A DNA stretch of 63,991 nt, the filler included, from Chiloscyllium plagiosum (taxonomy: Eukaryota): NCBI RefSeq assembly GCF_004010195.1. It is 5 parts of one record of this genome, joined end to end, with 100 filler letters (N's around TTAATTAATTAA, not from the genome) between each part and the next. Parts side by side here need not be neighbours in the genome. Positions count along the whole stretch, not along the records: positions 1 to 22,876 come from NC_057715.1; 4 more parts are not named here. The stretch is one strand, 5' to 3'. A model generated the notes under the pieces. It was not told where the DNA came from and ran no database searches. It was given only the letters and a program-made list of their open reading frames with translations. Below are positions 1 to 12,725 of the stretch, one piece after another. How positions within the stretch are numbered: the first letter of the stretch is position 1; every line of letters starts with the position of its first letter. Made by a program: the position numbers and the translations under genes.

Positions 1-198
1 ATCACCCTCACCTTGACCTCTTTCCACCTATCGCATTTCCAACACCCCTCCCCCAAGTCCATCCTCCCTACCTTTTATCTTAGCCTGCTGGACACACTTT
101 CCTCATTCCTGAAGAAGGGCTTATGCCCGAAACGTCAATTCTCCTGTTCCCTGGATGCTGCCTGACCTGCTGCGCTGTTCCAGCAACACATTTTCAGC
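1..198 (+). mobile_element. Penelope-like element family A, 3' pLTR/tail fragment
   Basis: Near-identical to 59726-59925 and similar to the 3' ends of the RT-bearing copies; contains CTGAAGA-A-GGGC-TTAT-GCCC-GAAACGTC. Confidence 0.85.
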
Positions 199-2050
199 TT
201 TGTAACCAATGCATCCACATGAAGAGTCCAAGAAAGATTGTTGTGGATGACCACTCCCAGGAGCTTGACACTCTCCACTCGTTCTACCTCTATGCTGTTA
301 ATGTGTAGGGGGGCAAAACCAAATAATGGTTTTGCCAGCATTGAGAGCTAGGTTGTTCTCAGTGCACCATTTTTCAGGTCTTCCACCTCCCGTCGGTAGT
401 CTGTTTCATAGCCATCTCAGATTCGACCCACTATGGTGGTGTCATGAGCAAACTTGTAAATGACATTAGTCTGGTATTTGGCAACACTGTCATGTGTGTA
501 CAGTGAGTACAGTAGGGGCTGAATACACACCTGGTGGGGGGGGGGCTCTAGTTTTGAGTGTAAGTGAAGATGAAATGTTGTCCCCAATCTTCACTGATTG
601 TGGCCTGTGGATCAGGAAACTGAGAATCCAGTTACAGAGAGTGGGGCTTAGTTTGAGATCACAATCAGTCTCGAGGGAATAATAGTGTTGAAGACTGAAC
701 TGTAGTCAATGAGTAGGCTTCTTACGTAGCTGTTCTTGGAGTCAAGATGTTTTAGGGAGGAGTGAAGGGCAAATGATATGGCATCTGACGTGGATCTGTT
801 GGTCCGATAGGCAAATTGGAGTAGGTCAAGAGTAGTGGGGAGACTGTAGTTGATTAATGCCATGACCAGCCTTTTAAAGCACTTCATGACCACCAAGGTT
901 AGGGCCACTAGGGGGTAGTCATGATGCATGAGCCTTCGTAGATGCAGGGATGATGTTGGCGCTCTTGAAACAGGCATGGACAGTGGCCTGCTGCAGGGAG
1001 GGGTTGAAGATGTCCGAGAAGACCTCTGCCAGTTGATCTGTGCATGCTCTGAGTACACAGCTTGGTATTTCATCTGGTCCAATCGCTTTCCTTGGATTCA
1101 CACTAAGGAAAACTGATCTGACCACTGATGCAGTGACTGTTGGGATAGGTTCGTCAGCACTTGTCAAAATAGGTGTTACCTCTCCGCTGAAATTCTGCTC
1201 AAAGCGAGCATAGAAGGCGTTGAGATGATCTGGAAGGGATATGTCATTGTCTGCTATCTTGCACTGTCTCTTTTTAGAACTTGTGATGTCATTCAGTCCT
1301 TGCCATAGTCGCTGGGTGTCTGTCTGGGTCTCTAGTTTGGATCAGTATTGGTCCAAGGCTATCTGATTGGCTCTGCGAAGATCATACTTGGATTTCTTAT
1401 ATTTAAGTGGGTCTCCTGATCTGAAGGCCTCACACCTGGTTCTGTATGTCTTGATTCATCCACAATTTCCTGTTGGGGAACACCTGGATTGACTTCCTCG
1501 GTATGCAGTCCTCCACACACTTGCTGATAAAGTCTGTGATGGTGGCGGTGTACTTGTCCAAGGAACCTAAGGAATCTGTTTGGACATGGCCCAGTCAGGC
1601 GATTCCAGGAAGCACCGGAGTTCATCCTCTGCCTCCTCCTCCTGGACCTGTATCCACGACGGGGTCTCCTGCTTGAGCCTTTGCCTGTAAGCTGGGAGAA
1701 GAAACACGGCACTGTGGTCAGAGTTCCCAAAATGAGGGTGGCGAATGGAGCAGTAGACATCTTTCACAGTGGTGTAGCAGTGGTCTAAAATGTTCAGGCC
1801 CCTTGTGGGGCAGGTAATGCTCTGTTGGTACTTGGGCAACACCTTCCTCAGATTGGCTTGATTGAAATTGCCAGTCACAATAATCAGGGCCTCAGGGTGT
1901 TCCGTCTCCAGGGTGTTGGTGGTGGAGTACAGCACATCCAGAGTTTCCTCAACCTTAGTTTGTGGCGTATGTACACAGCAGTTAGTATAGCAGCTGTAAA
2001 TTCCCGTGGTAGATAGAAGGGTCGGCATTTAATGGTGAAGAATTCAAGGT
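199..2050 (-). mobile_element. Decayed Rex1/Babar-type LINE (endonuclease and RT fragments)
   Basis: Minus-strand peptides [65 protein letters not shown] and [14 protein letters not shown]; several frameshifts. Confidence 0.85.
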
Positions 2051-2346
2051 TTGGGAATGGTGGGTGATTTGGAAGGGTACATGCAAGTGGTGGTGTTACC
2101 ATTTATCTGCTGCTCTTTTCCTTCTAGGTGGAAATGCTCATGGATCTGGAAGGTGTTGTTTAAGGATCTTTGGTGATTTTCTGCAGTATATGTTTTTGAA
2201 TTGAATTGAATGAGCATTGGTGGTGCGAGAAGTGTATGTTTGTGGATGTGGTGCCAATCAAGTGGGTTGCTTTGTCCTGAATGGTGTCAAGCTTCTTGAG
2301 TTTTGTTGGAATTACACCCATTCAACCAAGTATGAAGTATTCTATC

Positions 2347-2534
2347 CTGAGCTGAAAATGTGTTGCTGGAAAAGCGCAGCAGGTCAGGCAGCATCCAGGG
2401 AACAGGAGAATCGACGTTTAGGGCATAAGCCCTTCTTCAGGAATGAGGAAAGTTTGTCCAGCAGGCTGGACAAATTTTCCTCATTCCTGAAGAAGGGCTC
2501 TGATCTCCAGCATCTGCAGTCCTCACTTTCTCCT
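2347..2534. mobile_element. Miniature fold-back Penelope family A insertion
   Basis: 14-bp TSD tgaagtattctatc (2333-2346 and 2535-2548); internal 35-bp inverted arms. Confidence 0.85.
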
Positions 2535-2580
2535 TGAAGTATTCTATCACCATTTCTGACTTGTGCCTTGTAGATGGTGG

Positions 2581-5500
2581 GGGTCAAGAGTGTCATGCCG
2601 GAAAAGCACAGCAGGTCAGGCAGCATCAGAGAAGCAGGAAAATCAACATTTCAGGCTAAAGCCCTTCATCAGAAATGAGGCTGTGAGCTTCGGGGGTGGA
2701 GACATAAATGGAGCTGGAAGGTTGGAACTGGGATAAGGTTGGGGGGGAAGGGAAATGTGGAAACTGGTGAAATCCACATTGGTGTCATGGGGTTGGAGGG
2801 TTCCGAGGTAGAAGATGAGGCGTTCTTACTCCAGGCGCCGGGTGGTAAGGGGTTGGCAATGGAGGAGGCCCAGGATCTGCATGTCTTCGGCAGACTGGAA
2901 TGGGGGATTAAAGTGTTCGGCCACAGGATGGTGAGATTGATTGGTGCAGGTGTCCCAGAGCTGTTCTCTGAAGCACTCTGCAAGTAGGCATCCAGTCTCC
3001 CCAATGTAGAGGAAACCGCATCGGGACCAATGGATACAGTAAACAATATGTATGGAAGTGCAGGTGAAACTTTGATGGATGTGGAAGTCTCCTTTGGAGC
3101 CTTGAACGGAGATAAGGGGGGAGGTGTGGGCACAGGTTTTGCAATTCCTACAGTGGCAGGGGAAGGTGCCAGGAGGGGATGGTGGGTTTTGGATGGCGTG
3201 GACCTGATGAGGTAGTCATGGAGGGAACGGTCTTCACGGAAAGCGGACGGGGGTTGGGAGGGAAATATATCCCTGATGGTGGGGTCTGTTTGGAGGTGGC
3301 AGAAATGGTAGAGGATGATGCAATGTATACCAAGGTTGATGAGGTGGAAGGTGAGGACGAGAGGTATTCTATCCTTGCTGCGGTTGGAGGGGTGGGATTC
3401 AAGGGCAGAGGTGCAGGATGTGGATGAGATGAGCTGGAGGGCATCATCAACCACGTGGAGGGGAAATTGCGGTTTTTAAAGAATGAGGCCATCTGGTGTG
3501 TTCTGTGGTAGAACTGGTCCTCCTGGGAGTAGATGTGGTGGAGGCGGAAACATCGGGAGTAAGGGACAGCATTTTTGCAGGAGGTAGGGTGGGAAGAGGT
3601 GTAATCCAGGTAGCTGTGGGAGTCAGTGGGTCAGTAGAAAATGTCAGTGTTGAGTCAGTCACCATTGATGGAGATGAAGAGGTCCAGGAAGGGGAGAGGG
3701 GTGTCAGAGACAGTCCAGGTGAATTTAAGGTCGGAGTGGAATGTGTTGGTGAAGTTGATGAACTGTTCAACCTTCTCACAGGAGCACAAGGTGGCGCCCA
3801 TGCAGCCACCAATGTAGCGGAGGAAGGGGTGGGGAGTGGAAGATAGACTGCTCCACGTAGATGACAAAGAGACAGGCATAGCTGGGGTCCATGTGGATGC
3901 CCATGGCTACCCCTTTCATCTGGAGGAAGTGTGAGCATTCAAAGGAGAAATTGTTGAGGGTGAGGATCAGTTCAGCCAAATGAATAAGAGTGTCAGTGGA
4001 AGGGTACTGGTGGGAACATCAGGAGAGGAAGAAAGGGAGGGTTTGGAGGCCCTGATCATGGCGAATGGATGTGTGTAGGGGCTGGATATCCATGGTGAAG
4101 ATGAGGCATTGGGGACCAGGGAAAAGGAAGTCTTGGAGGAGATGGAGGGCATGGGTGGTATCCTGAATGTATGTGGGGAGTTCCTGGACTGGGGGATAGG
4201 ACAGTATTGAGGTAGGTGGAGATGATTTCGATGGGGCAGGAGCAAGCTGAGCCGATAGGTTGGCCGGGGTAGTCAGGGTTGTGGATCTTGAGTAGGAAGT
4301 AGAACCAGGCAGTGAGGGGTTCCTGGACTATGAGGTTGGAGGCTGCGGATGGGAGATCCCCAGATTTGATGAGGCTATGTATGGTCTGGAAGATGATGGT
4401 TTGGTGTTGGGAGGTGAGGTCATTGTCGAGGGGGTGGTAGAAAGAGGTGTCTTCAAGTTGACGCCTGGCTTCAGCGGTGTAGAGGTCAGTGCGGCAAACC
4501 CCCTACGTCATCACTGCCCCTGCAGCTGCTGTCGTCGCAACCACTTCCTTCCCCATTGACGTTACTCATCTGTACACCACCAATACATCCCCCACATATC
4601 CCACAGTCACCATGCCTGCCCCAGAACCCTAGGGTTAGCATCACTATCCAACCCCCTCTTCCACTCCAGCCTCACACCCTCACAACGCGCAGCTTTCCAC
4701 TCCCTATGCTCCAAACCCAACCTCACCATCAAACCAGCGGACAAGGAGGGGTGCATAGGTAGTTTGGCACACTGATCTCTGCACCGCTGAAGCCAGGTGC
4801 CAACTTGAAGACACCTCCTCCTATTGTCCCTCGACCACAACCTCACCTCCCATCACCAAACCATCATCTCCTAGACTATACACAACCTCATCACTGCAGT
4901 GAATCGCCCACCCACACCTTCCAACCTCATAGTCCGGGAACCCCGCATTACCCGATTCTACCTTCTACCCAAGACCCACAACCCTGACTACCCCGGCCGA
5001 CCCATCATCTCAGCCTGCTCCTGCCCCACCGAATTCATCTCCACATACCTCTAACACTAACCCTATCCCCCGGTCCAGGAACTCCCCACATACATCCAGG
5101 ACACCACCCATGATCTCCACCTCCTCCAAGACTTCCATTTCCCTGGCCCCCAATGCCTCATCTTCACCATGGACAACCAGTCCCTACACACATCCATTCG
5201 CCATGACCAGCGCCTCCAAACCGTCCCTTTCTTCCTCTCCTGACGTCCCTACCTGTACCCTTCCACTGTCACTCATTTGGCTGAACTGGTCCTCACCCTC
5301 AACAATTTCTCCTTCGAATCCTCCTACTTCCTCCAGACAGAAGGGGTAGCCATGAGTGCCTACATGGGCCCCAGCTATGCCTGTCTCTTTGTCAGCTACA
5401 TGGAATAGTCTATCTTCTGCAGTTACACCAGCAACACTCCACACAGCTTCCTGCGCTGCATTGATGACTGCATCGGCACCACCTCATGCTCCAACAAGGA

Positions 5501-6697
5501 GGTTGAACTGTTCATCAACTTCACCAATACATTCCACCCAGTCCTTAAATTCACCTGGACTATATCTTACACCTCTCTCCCTTCCTAGACCTCTCCATCT
5601 CCATCAATGGTGACTGACTCAACACTGACATTTTCTACTTACCCACCGACTCCCACAGCTACCTGGATTACACCTCCTCCCACCCTGCCTCCTGCAAAAA
5701 TGCTATCCCTTATTCCCAATTCCTCCACCTCCGCCGTATCTGCTCCCAGGAGGACCAGTTCTATCTCAGAACACACCAGATGGCCTCCTTCTTTAAAGAT
5801 CATGGTTGATGTTGTCCTCCAGTGCATCTCATCCACGTCCTGCACCTCTGCCTTGGAACCCCATCCCTCCAACCCTCAACAAGGACAGAAGCCCCTGGTC
5901 CTCACCTTCCACCCACCAACCTCCGTATACATCGCAAATGGACCCCACCACCAGAGATACATTTCCCTCCCCACCCCTATATGCTTTCCATAAAGACCAT
6001 TCCCTCCATGACTTCCTCATCAGGTCCACGCCCCCAAAGGAGCCTTCCACATCCAAAATTTCACCTGCACTTCCACAAATGTCATTTGCTGTATCCGTTG
6101 TTCCCGATGCAATCTCCTCTACGTTGGGGAGATAGGATATCTACTTGCAGAGCGCGTCAGAGAACATCTTCAGGACACTTGCACCAATCAACCCCACCGC
6201 TCCGTGGCCTAACACTTCAACTCCCCCTCTCACTCTGCTGAGGACATGTAGGTCCTGGGCCTCCTCCATTGCCACTCCTTTACCATCCGACACCTGGAAG
6301 AAGAACACCTCATCTTCTGCCTCGGGACCCTCCAACTCCATGGCATCAGAGTAGATTTCACGGGTTTCCTCATTTCCCTTCCCTCCCACCTTACCCCAGT
6401 TCCAACCTTCCAGCTCAGCACCATCTTCATGGCCTGTCCCATTTGTCCATCTTCATTCCCACCTGTCTGCTCCACCCTCTCCTCCGACCTATCACCTTTA
6501 CCTGCACTCTCAACTACCTTCCCCCCAGCCCCTCTCCCCATATCTCTCCACCCCTGAGGCTACCAGCCTCATTCCTGATGAAGAGCTTTTGCCCAAAATG
6601 TCGATTTTCCTGCATCTCTGATACTGCCTGACCTGCTGTGCTTTTCCAGCATCACACTCTTGACTCTGATCTCCAGCGTCTGCAGTCCTCATTTTTA
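2581..6697. mobile_element. Inverted pair of Penelope family A copies (minus about 2581-4495, plus about 4500-6697) with decayed RT and GIY-YIG regions
   Basis: Peptides ELILTLNNFSF, KGVAMG, FLRYIGGC and FTNTFHSDLKFTW, with homologous sequence on the opposite arm; 15-bp TSD ccttgtagatggtgg (2566-2580 and 6698-6712). Confidence 0.9.
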
Positions 6698-7221
6698 CCT
6701 TGTAGATGGTGGACAGGCTTTGGGGAATAAGGAGGTAAGTTACTTGCTGCAGTATTCCTAACCTCTGACATGATCTTGTTGATATTGGACAGGCTTTGGG
6801 GAATCAGGTGAGTTACTTGCTGCAGTATTGCTAATCTCTGAATTGATCTTGTAGCCATTATGTTTAAGGGATGAGTCCAATTGAGTTCTGGTCAATGGTA
6901 AACCCAAGGATGGTGACAGTAGGGAATCCAGTGATAGTAACACCATTGAACATCAAGGGGCGGTGGATAGATTGTTTATATATTGGAGATGGTCATTTCT
7001 TGTGGTCATTTGTGTGGTGAAAATGTTACTTACAATTTGTCAGCCCAAGCCTGGATGTTGTAGAAATCTTGTTGTAATTGAACATGGACTGCTTCAATAT
7101 CTGAGGAGCTGTGAATGACACTGAACATTGTGCGATCATTGGCAACATCGACACTTCTGCCCATATGATGGATGGGAGGGCATTAATGAAGCAGCTGACG
7201 ATTGTTGAACCTTGGACACTA

Positions 7222-8628
7222 TCTCCTCCAAGACTTCCGTTTCCCGGCCTCCAACGCCTCATCTTCACCATGGATATCCAATCCCTCTACACCTCCATCT
7301 GCCATGACCAGGGCCTCCAAGCCCTCCGTTTCTTCCTCTCCCGACGTCCCCAACAGTACCCTTCCACCAACACTCTCATTCGTCTGGCCAAACTGGTCCT
7401 CACCCTTAACAATTTCTCCCTCGAATCCTTCCACTTCCTCCAGACCAAATGGGTAGCCATGGGCACCTGTATAGGCCCCAGCTATGCCTGTCTCTTTGTT
7501 GGCTACGTAGAACAATCCATCTTCCGTAATTACACCGGCACCACTCCCCACCTCTTCCTCCGCTACATTGATGACTGCATTGGCGACACCTCATGCTCCC
7601 GCGAGGACGCTGAGCAATTCATCAACTTCACCAACACATTCCACCCTGACCTTAAATTTACCTGGACCATCTCTGACACCTCCCTCCCCCTCCTGGACCT
7701 CTCCATCTCCATCAGTGACGACCGACTTGACACTGACATTTCCTACAAACCCACCGACTCCCACAGCTACCTGGATTACACCTCTTCCCACCCTAACTCT
7801 TGCAAAAATGCCGTCCCGTATTCCCAATTCCTCCGCCTCCGCCGGATCTGCTCCCAGGAGGACCAGTTCCACACAGAANNNNNNNNNNNNNNNNNNNNNN
7901 NNNNNNNNNNNNNNNNNNNNNNNNNNNNNNNNNNNNNNNNNNNNNNNNNNNNNNNNNNNNNNNNNNNNNNNNNNNNNNNNNNNNNNNNNNNNNNNNNNNN
8001 NNNNNNNNNNNNNNNNNNNNNNNNNNNNNNNNNNNNNNNNNNNNNNNNNNNNNNNNNNNNNNNNNNNNNNNNNNNNNNNNNNNNNNNNNNNNNNNNNNNN
8101 NNNNNNNNNNNNNNNNNNNNNNNNNNNNNNNNNNNNNNNNNNNNNNNNNNNNNNNNNNNNNNNNNNNNNNNNNNNNNNNNNNNNNNNNNNNNNNNNNNNN
8201 NNNNNNNNNNNNNNNNNNNNNNNNNNNNNNNNNNNNNNNNNNNNNNNNNNNNNNNNNNNNNNNNNNNNNNNNNNNNNNNNNNNNNNNNNNNNNNNNNNNN
8301 NNNNNNNNNNNNNNNNNNNNNNNNNNNNNNNNNNNNNNNNNNNNNNNNNNNNNNNNNNNNNNNNNNNNNNNNNNNNNNNNNNNNNNNNNNNNNNNNNNNN
8401 NNNNNNNNNNNNNNNNNNNNNNNNNNNNNNNNNNNNNNNNNNNNNNNNNNNNNNNNNNNNNNNNNNNNNNNNNNNNNNNNNNNNNNNNNNNNNNNNTCCT
8501 CTCACTTATCTCCCGACCCCTCAGGCTCTCTGCCTGTATTCCTGATGAAGGGCTTTTGCCCGAAATGTCGATTTTACTGCTCCTCGGATGCTGCCTGAAC
8601 TGCTGTGCTTTTCCAGCACCGCTCTAAT
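7222..8628 (+). mobile_element. 5'-truncated Penelope family A copy with a well-preserved RT segment (assembly gap inside)
   Basis: Open frame with MDIQSLYTSI, VAMGTCIGPSYACLFVG, FLRYIDDC and SYKPTDSHSYLDYTSSHP; 11-bp TSD cttggacacta (7211-7221 and 8629-8639). Confidence 0.92.
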
Positions 8629-10749
8629 CTTGGACACTACCCGGCAAAACTCCTGCAGAGATGCCCTGGGGCTGAAATGGCGGAACTTCAACAATCACAA
8701 CCATATTCCTGTGTGCCATGAATGACTCCAACCTATGGACAGTTATCCCTCGGTACCCACTGATTCTCATTTTGCTAGTGCTCTTTGATGCTACACTTAA
8801 TCAAATACAGCCTTAATGTCAAGGGCTTTCACTCTCAACTCACCTCTGGTTAAGTTCATCTTTGAACTAGGCATAATTGAGCAGGTAATTGTTGAGCCAG
8901 TGCTGGTTGATAAGATTGTTGATGACAACTTCCATCACCTTACTGATGTTTGAGAGTAAAATCATGAAGCGGTAACGCACAGGGTTGGATTTATCCTGCT
9001 TTTTTGTGTAGTGGACATGCCTGGGCAATTTGCCACATTGTCAAGTTGTAACTGTCCTGATAGAGCCTGGCTAGTGGAATGGCAAGTTCTGGAACACAGT
9101 CTATTGTCAGAATGTTGTCAGGACCCATAGCCTTTGCAGAACCCAGTGTTTCCAACCATTTCTTGATATTGCATGGAGTGAAACAAATTGCTGAAGACTG
9201 GTATTTGTGACAGTGGGGACCACCGGAGGAGGCCGAGATGGATCATTCACTCAGCACTTCTGGCTGAAGCTTAATGTTTCAGTCTTATCTTTTGCACTGG
9301 TGTGTTGGGCTCTTCCATCAGTAAGGAAGGGGATATTTGTGGAGCCTCCTCTTCCAGTGAGTTGCTGAATTGTCCATCACTATTCACGACTAGATGTGGC
9401 AGGACTGCAGAACTTAGATCTTAGGTATGCCTGGTACTGCTCCTGGCATGCTGCTTTGCACTCTCTATTGAACTTGAGTTGATCCCCTGGCTTGGTTGAG
9501 TGGGGAATATGCTGCACCACGAGGAAGCAGATATAATTCTGCTGCTGTTAATTGCTCATAACACTTCATGGATGTCCAGTCAAGTTGCTAGGTCTGTTCT
9601 AAGTGTGTCCCATGCAGCACAGTGATACTGCCACTCAACACAATGGAGGGTATTCTCAATGTGATGGTGGACTTTGTCTCCACAATGACTGTCACTCTTA
9701 TTAATACTGTCATGGACAGATATATCTGCAGATTGGCAAGAAAGAGGTCAAGTACATCTTTCTTTGGTTCCCTCACCAACTGCTGCTGCCCCAGACTAGC
9801 AGTTATGTCCTTTAGCACCCACCCTGCTTCATTAATAGCACTGCAGTCGAGTTACTCTTGGTGGTGGACATTTCAATCCCCCATCCAAAGGATATTTTGC
9901 ACCCTTGCAACCCTCAGTGCTTTCTCCAATATGATTGATCAACTGAGGGAGGACGGTACGCAATAACCAGTAGGAGGTTTCCTTGCCCATGGTTAACCTG
10001 AAACCATAAGACTCCATGGGTTGCAGAGCCAATGTTGAGGACTCCCAGAGTAACACCCTCTCTACTGCATTCCAGTGTGCCACCACCTCTGCTAGGTCTG
10101 TCTTACCAGTGAGATAGGATATATCCAAGGATGTTGATGTGGCATCTGGAACATAGTTATACTTATGGAATCATACCTTACAGACAATTTCAGGTTGTTG
10201 CTTGACAAATCTGCAAGATAGCTCTCCCAATTTTGACACCAGCACCCAGATCTAAGTAAGGAGGACTGTGCAGGGGAGACAGGACAATTTCTGCCATTGC
10301 CTTTTCTGGTGCCTAGGTCGATGCTAGGTGGTCTATCTAGTTTCATTTCTTTTGTTGAGACTTTGTAGCAATAATACCATCGAATGGCTTGTTAGGCCAC
10401 TTCAGGGGCAATTGAGAGTCAACCATATTGCTGTGGCTCTGGAGTCTCACGCAGGTCAGACTAGGTGAGAATGGCAGATTTCCTTCCTTTAAGGACAAAT
10501 GGGTCTTTCGGACAAGCAATAATGGTTTCATGGTCATCCGTAGAATTTTAATTCCAGGTTTTCTTTGTTGAATTCAAATTTTACCATATGTTGTGGCAGG
10601 ATTCAAACCCAAGTCCCCAGAATATTAGCTGAGTTGCTGGACTAAAAGTCTAATGATAATACCACTGGGCCATCACCTCCCTTTATTCTATATTTAAGAT
10701 AAATGGAATGGCAACTTAAATATAGATAGATTGATCTCTTCCAGGAAGT

Positions 10750-10978
10750 CTTTGAGGAGAAAGTGAGGTCTGCAGATGCTGGAGATCAGAGCTGGAAATG
10801 TGTTGCTGGAAAAGCGCAGCAGGTCAGGCAGCATCCAGGGAACAGGAGAATCGACATTTCGGGCATAAGCCCTTCTTCAGGATTCCTGAAGAAGGGCTTA
10901 TGCCCGAAACGTCGATTCTCCTGTTCCCTGGATGCTGCCTGACCTGCTGCGCTTTTCCAGCAACACATTTCCAGCTCT
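10750..10978. mobile_element. Palindromic miniature Penelope family A insertion
   Basis: 95-bp inverted arms (10788-10882 and 10884-10978); 14-bp TSD ctcttccaggaagt (10736-10749 and 10975-10988). Confidence 0.9.
10882..10917 (+). ncRNA. Minimal type I hammerhead ribozyme motif (Penelope family A)
   Basis: attc-CTGAAGA-A-GGGC-ttat-GCCC-GAAA-CG-TC-gatt: intact core, 4-bp stem II, palindromic ACGT in place of stem III, weak stem I. Similar motifs at 105-140, 8538-8573 and 59831-59866. Confidence 0.65.
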
Positions 10979-12294
10979 TCCAGGAAGTGCATTCCAGAAC
11001 ATTTCAACACAATAACTCACCATATCAAATTCTGGACATATTAATCTCATTTCAATTCATGTCAATTTTTGATGTTCTTGAGACAAGGTGGCTACTTTAA
11101 AGGGAACTTAAGTACAAACTAGTACCCTGCAGCTAGTACAGCTCATCTAACAACACTTTTATTGTTTCACATGCTATTATGTAATGATATCCTTTACACT
11201 TGTCATGAAGATATACTTATAATGAGTCCTAATTTGTAATTTCATTAGGTCATCATGTAAGTGTCAAATAATTTTTAAAATGAATTATATTTTTGCTAAA
11301 CAAAGTGCACTGCCTTGAAGTAGCTGCTGATTTGCACCCACAAAGTGACCTTCCATCCATGTTTACAGACACAACAACAAATATAATGGCAGGCCTGAAG
11401 ATGAATAACTCCATTCTATATCATCAAGATACAGGATGCAATATTGAGGAATTAATTGTTGGGAAATTAAAATTGTTTAAAAATTATATTAAATGGACAA
11501 TGTTGAAAGATGAGCCGACAATGTTGAAAGATGAGCCAGCAATGTTCCTTTTGAAATTCACACCTGATGGCTTTGGACTGCCTATTGATCAAACTGAAGA
11601 AAACCAGGTGACCCAGTTCTTAATCTGAATTATAGATTTTTTTTAAAAGTACAGAAAGACGCCCATTGTGTCTATGCTGGTCAATGAATATCCATCAAAT
11701 TTGTTACAAAGTTATGCTGATTATCCTTCATTAATCCTTGCCTCTCTAGTAGGGATTAATTCTGTCTCTTAGAAGTTTTTACAATAGTTTTCCTATCCTA
11801 GATGTTAGACTCAATGGTCTATTGTTTTCTAGTTTACCCATATCACTGTTCTTGAACAATCATGCCAGACTTCTGGTTACCCCCACCACACCTGGTAGTC
11901 AGAGATGTTTTTAAAGTTAATGTCAGAGCCCCTGAAATCTTTTCCCTTGGCTCCCACAGCAGCCTTGGATATGTCACATCTGGCCCTGAGGGTTTATCTA
12001 CTTTCAAGTCTGCTAAAACTGCTAAATTATTCCCCTCTCATTGCTAATTTGTTCAAATATTTCACAGTCACTCTAAATATGCAATGTCCTTCTATATTGC
12101 AAATACAATATGTTAATGTTTATATAAAATACACATGCTGAATTTAAATTGCAGACAGATTCATAATGGGCAGTAAGGATAATTGCTTGAGCCTTCCTCC
12201 CGCAACTTGAGACCTCTCATGAAAGCTGTGAGCCTGGTTTGTGGATTGAAAATCAGCCAGAGAACCTCGTTTCAAATAGAGAATGTTAAAGGAA

Positions 12295-12725
12295 AATTTC
12301 AACCTGGATAGGCTGAAGCCTTTTTCACTGAAGCATAACATGTTAACGGGGTGACCTTATGGAATATATAAAATCACAAGGGGTATAGATAAGGTGAGTG
12401 GCAGGTGTCATTTCCCTAGGGTGAGGGATTTCAAGTCTGGGGTATATTTTTGAGCTGAGAGGAGGAAGATTTTAGAAAGTCATGAGAGGTAATTTTATGT
12501 TATACCGAGAGTGGTTCCTGTGTGGAATGAACCTCCAGAGGAAGTAGTAGATGCAGGTACAGTTATAATATTTAAAAGACATTTGGATAAGCACATGAAC
12601 AAGAAACGTCTGGACGGATACAGGCCAACCACAGGTAGGTGAGACTAGTTTAGTTTGGGATTATGGTTGGCATGGATTGGTTGGGCCAAAGAGTCTGTTT
12701 CTGTGCTGTATGTCTCTGAGTCTAC
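12295..12725 (+). mobile_element. CR1 LINE 3' fragment
   Basis: Resembles the ORF2 C-terminus and 3' UTR of the other CR1 copies (gtgtggaatgaac, tttaaaagacatttggat). Confidence 0.8.

Larger units (their letters stand above)
2050..10680 (-). mobile_element. Interrupted CR1/L2-group LINE with tRNA-Deu SINE head (pieces about 10680-8640, 7221-6713, 2580-2535, 2346-2050)
   Basis: Pol III A/B boxes and Deu-like body at 10680-10380, then an APE-type endonuclease start and RT remnants (VTHLIPQSLS, TIYKAQVR). The pieces rejoin when the TSD-flanked Penelope insertions are removed. Confidence 0.75.

Noticed and set aside
6710..6851. Roughly 70-bp near-tandem duplication
   Set aside because: A local duplication inside a dead LINE with no further structure.
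7111..8627. Long ORFs of 275-495 aa
   Set aside because: Inflated by the N run; only the Penelope RT segment 7222-7878 is real.
11293..11628. 111-aa ORF with a repeated TMLKDEP
   Set aside because: The repeat is a 21-bp tandem duplication; no recognisable homology, and it is not hephaestin exon 2.
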